A stretch of 63,299 nt of DNA, the filler included, from Actinomycetales bacterium (GTDB lineage: Bacteria; Actinomycetota; Actinomycetes; Actinomycetales; CAVURS01): assembly GCA_045807245.1 (NCBI GenBank). It is 4 parts of 4 records of this genome, joined end to end, with 100 filler letters (N's around TTAATTAATTAA, not from the genome) between each part and the next. Parts side by side here need not be neighbours in the genome. Positions count along the whole stretch, not along the records: positions 58,061 to 63,299 come from JBJMHS010000020.1; 3 more parts are not named here. The stretch is one strand, 5' to 3'. The position numbers were made by a program, and so were the translations under genes. Below the pieces are notes generated by a model, which worked only from the letters and a program-made list of their open reading frames with translations, ran no database searches and was not told the origin of the DNA. Below are positions 59,455 through 63,299 of the stretch, piece after piece. The first letter of the stretch is position 1. Every line of letters starts with the position of its first letter.

Positions 59455-60200
59455 GCTACGACGCGCAGTTCCGCGTCTGGCGGGGCGACACGGACGGTGG
59501 CGACCTGCAGGACTACACGGTCGAGGTCAACGAGGGCGAAGTGGTCCTCGACATCATTCACCGGCTCCAGGCGACCCAGACGCCGGACCTGGCCGTTCGC
59601 TGGAACTGCAAGGCCGGCAAGTGCGGCTCGTGCAGCGCCGAGGTCAACGGCCGCCCGCGCCTGATGTGCATGACCCGGATGAGCACGTTCGAGCAGGGCG
59701 AGACGATCACCGTCACGCCGCTGCGCGCCTTTCCTGTGATGCGTGACCTGGTCACCGACGTGTCCTTCAACTACGTCAAGGCGCGTGAGATCCCGGCCTT
59801 CGCACCGCCGGACGTGGCACCTGGCGAGTACCGCATGGCCCAGGTCGACGTCGAGCGCTCGCAGGAGTTCCGCAAGTGCATCGAGTGCTTCCTGTGCCAG
59901 GACACCTGCCACGTCGTGCGCGACCACGAGGACAACAAGGAGTCGTTCGCCGGTCCGCGGTTCCTCATGCGCATGGCCGAGCTCGACATGCACCCGCTGG
60001 ACCAGCGCAAGGGACGCGCCAACGAGGCACAGGAGGACTTCGGTCTCGGGTTCTGCAACATCACCAAGTGCTGCACCGAGGTCTGCCCCGAGCACATCCA
60101 GATCACGGACAACGCCCTGATCCCGTTGAAGGAGCGCGTCGTCGACCGCAGGTACGACCCGCTGGTCTGGCTCGGCCGGACCATCACGCGCCGCAAGTAG
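59451..60200 (+). CDS. sdhB: Succinate dehydrogenase iron-sulfur subunit
   Basis: CKAGKCGSC, CIECFLCQDTC, CNITKCCTEVCP. Confidence 0.93.
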   Translation: MSYDAQFRVWRGDTDGGDLQDYTVEVNEGEVVLDIIHRLQATQTPDLAVRWNCKAGKCGSCSAEVNGRPRLMCMTRMSTFEQGETITVTPLRAFPVMRDLVTDVSFNYVKAREIPAFAPPDVAPGEYRMAQVDVERSQEFRKCIECFLCQDTCHVVRDHEDNKESFAGPRFLMRMAELDMHPLDQRKGRANEAQEDFGLGFCNITKCCTEVCPEHIQITDNALIPLKERVVDRRYDPLVWLGRTITRRK

Positions 60201-60404
60201 CCGCAGTCGATTGACCCTCCTGCGGTCAGCACCCTAGCCTGGCCATGTCCGAGTTGTCCGACCTTGCCGGCTGCTGCCGGAGAGCCAACAGCAGGGGGCT
60301 GCTGATGCGTCGACTTCGTCGCTGGAGCCGTTTCGTCTTCGAGGCCTGGTTCGACGTGTTCCGCTGAGCGAGACTCCGGGCGGCGAGTATGTGATCGTTG
60401 CCCG

Positions 60405-61061
60405 ATGCCTGCCGGCCCGGTGCCGCGAAGCTTCTTCGCCCGACCCTCGTTGACGGTCGCGCGTGACCTGCTCGGCTGCGTGCTCGTCGTCGTCCGTGAC
60501 GGTGGCCGGGTCGCCGTACGGCTCACCGAGGTCGAGGCGTACGACGGCGAGTCCGACCCCGGGTCGCACGCCTTCCGCGGCCAGACCCCACGCAACACCG
60601 TGATGTACGGCGAGGCCGGCCACCTGTACGTGTACTTCACCTACGGCATGCATTACTGCGCCAACGTGGTGACCGGCCGCCCCGGCCAAGCGAGCGCCGT
60701 CCTGCTCCGCGCTGGGGAGGTGGTCGGGGGCGCTGACCTGGCCGCGGGCCGGCGGCCGTCCGCGCGGATGTCCCGCGACCTGGCCCGCGGACCGGCGCGG
60801 CTTGCGCAGAGCCTCGGGCTGGGCCGGGCGGACAACGGCGTGGATCTGTGCGGTGCTCCGTCCAGCGGCCCCGATGGGCCCGCTCAGTGGGTCGAACGGG
60901 GCCGCCGGGGGGACCGGGCCCTGGTTCGGACCGGTCCGCGGGTCGGCGTCTCCGGTCTGGGGGGTGACGCCGCGACGTACCCCTGGCGGCTCTGGGTCGA
61001 CGCCGACCCGACCGTGTCGCCGTACCGCCCGGCGAAACCCCGTGCCGGCCGGAACGGGTGA
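60405..61061 (+). CDS. mpg: DNA-3-methyladenine glycosylase (MPG/AAG)
   Basis: [35 protein letters not shown]. Confidence 0.93.
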   Translation: MPAGPVPRSFFARPSLTVARDLLGCVLVVVRDGGRVAVRLTEVEAYDGESDPGSHAFRGQTPRNTVMYGEAGHLYVYFTYGMHYCANVVTGRPGQASAVLLRAGEVVGGADLAAGRRPSARMSRDLARGPARLAQSLGLGRADNGVDLCGAPSSGPDGPAQWVERGRRGDRALVRTGPRVGVSGLGGDAATYPWRLWVDADPTVSPYRPAKPRAGRNG

Positions 61062-61124
61062 TCGGGCAGGCTTGGCCCGACCGACCCGGTACCGACGGCG
61101 GGCCAGGCACCCGAAAGGACAGAC

Positions 61125-62396
61125 GTGACCGACATCCTCGACGAGCTCCGCTGGCGCGGGCTGCTCGCCCTGTCGACCGACCAGGAAGCGCTGCGGTCAG
61201 CGCTGGCGTCGGGACCGGTCACGTACTACTGCGGCTTCGACCCGACCGCGCCCAGCCTGCACATGGGCAACCTGGTCCAGCTGCTCACCATGCGCCGGCT
61301 GCAGGACGCCGGTCACCATCCCCTGGCCCTCGTGGGCGGTTCGACCGGGCTGATCGGAGACCCGAAGCCGACGGCCGAGCGGGTGCTCAACTCGAAGGAC
61401 ACGGTCGCGGAGTGGGTCGAGCGCGAGCGGGCGCAGGTCGAGCGCTACCTGTCATTCGAGGGACCGAACGCCGCCGTGGTCGTCAACAACCTGGACTGGA
61501 CCGCCCCGATGTCCGCACTGGACTTCCTACGCGACGTCGGCAAGCACTACCGGGTCAACACGATGATCAAGAAGGACGCCGTGGCCGACCGGCTGGCCTC
61601 GCAGGACGGCATCTCCTACACCGAGTTCAGCTACCAGATCCTGCAGGGGCTGGACTTCCTCGAGCTCTACCGCCGGTACGGCTGCGTGCTGCAGACCGGC
61701 GGCAGCGACCAGTGGGGCAACCTGACCAGCGGGGTGGACCTGATCCACCGGGCGGAAGGCGTCTCGGTGCACGCCCTGGCCACGCCGTTGGTCACCAAGG
61801 CGGACGGGACGAAGTACGGCAAGACCGAGGCCGGCACCGTCTGGCTGGACCCGGAGATGACGACGCCGTACGCGTTCTTCCAGTTCTGGCTCAACGCCGA
61901 GGATGCCATCGTCGGGAGCCTGCTGCGGATCTTCACGTTCCGCAGCCGCGAGGAGATCGAGGCGCTCGAGGCGTCGGCGCAGGAGCGTCCGCAGCTGCGC
62001 GAGGCGCAGCGGGGTCTGGCCCGGGACGTGACGACGCTCGTGCACGGCGCGGAGGCGGCCCGACGGGTCGAGGCCGCGAGCCGGGCGCTCTTCGGCCGGG
62101 AGGCCACCGAGCTGCACTCACTGGATGCGGTCACGCTGCGCGATGCCACCGCCGAGCTGCCGCAGGCTCGGGGGACCGTCGGTGACCGGGTGGTCGACCT
62201 CATGGCCGACTCGCGGCTGGTCGCCGGGCGCAACGCCGCCCGCCGGGCAGTCGCGGAGGGCGGCGCGTACCTCAACAACGTCAAGGTGACCGACCCGGAC
62301 GCGCTCCTGACCAGCGCAGATGTGCTGCCGGGAGGGGTCGCGCTGCTGCGCCGGGGCCGGCGCTCGCTGGCGGCGGTGTCGGTCCGGCCCACCTGA
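61125..62396 (+). CDS. tyrS: Tyrosyl-tRNA synthetase
   Basis: YCGFDPTAPSLHMGN, GGSDQWGN, KYGKT, C-terminal S4 domain. Confidence 0.97.
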   Translation: MTDILDELRWRGLLALSTDQEALRSALASGPVTYYCGFDPTAPSLHMGNLVQLLTMRRLQDAGHHPLALVGGSTGLIGDPKPTAERVLNSKDTVAEWVERERAQVERYLSFEGPNAAVVVNNLDWTAPMSALDFLRDVGKHYRVNTMIKKDAVADRLASQDGISYTEFSYQILQGLDFLELYRRYGCVLQTGGSDQWGNLTSGVDLIHRAEGVSVHALATPLVTKADGTKYGKTEAGTVWLDPEMTTPYAFFQFWLNAEDAIVGSLLRIFTFRSREEIEALEASAQERPQLREAQRGLARDVTTLVHGAEAARRVEAASRALFGREATELHSLDAVTLRDATAELPQARGTVGDRVVDLMADSRLVAGRNAARRAVAEGGAYLNNVKVTDPDALLTSADVLPGGVALLRRGRRSLAAVSVRPT

Positions 62397-62497
62397 CCCA
62401 GCGTGTTCCGGAGCGGCGTGGCAGAGGTGCTAGAGTTGCTCTCGAACCCCGCGGTGAACTTCGATCCGTCCTGCCGGGAATGCTCCTGGCAGACGGT

Positions 62498-62595
62498 TTG
62501 ACCGCGCTGCGACGGCTCAGATAAGTTAGACCGGTTGCCCTGCGACAGGCCGAGAGGCCTCGACCAGTGCGCGCCCGCTCCTTGAGAACTCAACA
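62498..62595 (+). promoter_or_regulatory. rrn promoter and antitermination elements
   Basis: TTGACC-N18-TAAGTT; AGGCC-GAGA-GGCCT hairpin; boxA-like GCTCCTTGAGAACTCAACA. Confidence 0.75.
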
Positions 62596-62802
62596 GCGTG
62601 CCAAAAATCGATGCCAGATTTAACCCCGTGTACGGCGGGGGTCACGACCATCCGGTCGCGGCCGTCGACGTACCGGATTCCTTTGGTATGAGTACGGATC
62701 CGAGCGATCGGACCCGCTCATTGCCATGATCACCAGCTTCGGCTGGTTCTTCTAGATGTCGACGCCGGTGTCCGCTCTTGCGGCTCGGCGTCGAAACAGA
62801 CA

Positions 62803-63299
<497 letters not shown>

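Noticed and set aside
61062..61124. T-box leader for tyrS
   Set aside because: Gap is only 63 nt with no T-box consensus

Overview
High-GC actinobacterial draft genome (Micrococcales/Kineosporiales-like, judged from gene content, a mycothiol amidase and the 16S start). It consists of four contigs joined by artificial N44-TTAATTAATTAA-N44 linkers at 19785, 27932 and 57961, so adjacency across linkers is unproven. Contig 1 is mostly core genome: DrrAB-type ABC exporter, WS/DGAT, greA, DUF4307, mca, a SoFic-type Fic gene, YyaL, hemolysin III, cis-prenyltransferase, PhoH2, a lytic transglycosylase, an HxlR/oxidoreductase pair and a coupled Prx-PfkB-carbonic anhydrase-methyltransferase-fumC operon. 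Contig 2 carries nrdR-nrdJ with tandem NrdR boxes, a DUF899-DUF1326-DUF2182 cluster headed by an orphan tail-fibre-anchor-like gene, and an LLM oxidoreductase/FMN reductase pair. Contig 3 has cysS-rlmB, DUF4032, msiK with its leader RNA, LacI, otsAB, CBS, a Ser/Thr kinase, an MFS gene and tRNA-Thr, then an accessory block with fdsGBAD formate dehydrogenase, a diguanylate cyclase and the start of a flagellar cluster. Contig 4 has sdhAB, mpg, tyrS and the 5' part of an rRNA operon. The most interesting signal is a flagellar regulatory circuit read from non-coding DNA: five sigma28-type promoters (including the cyclase and the sigma gene itself), CsrA-type GGA hairpins in several leaders, no flgM at its usual position, and a sigma factor with a C-terminal tail. 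Other candidates are a switch-like structured leader on the transglycosylase and the orphan eCIS-like gene. All assignments come from motif recognition by eye; no searches were run.
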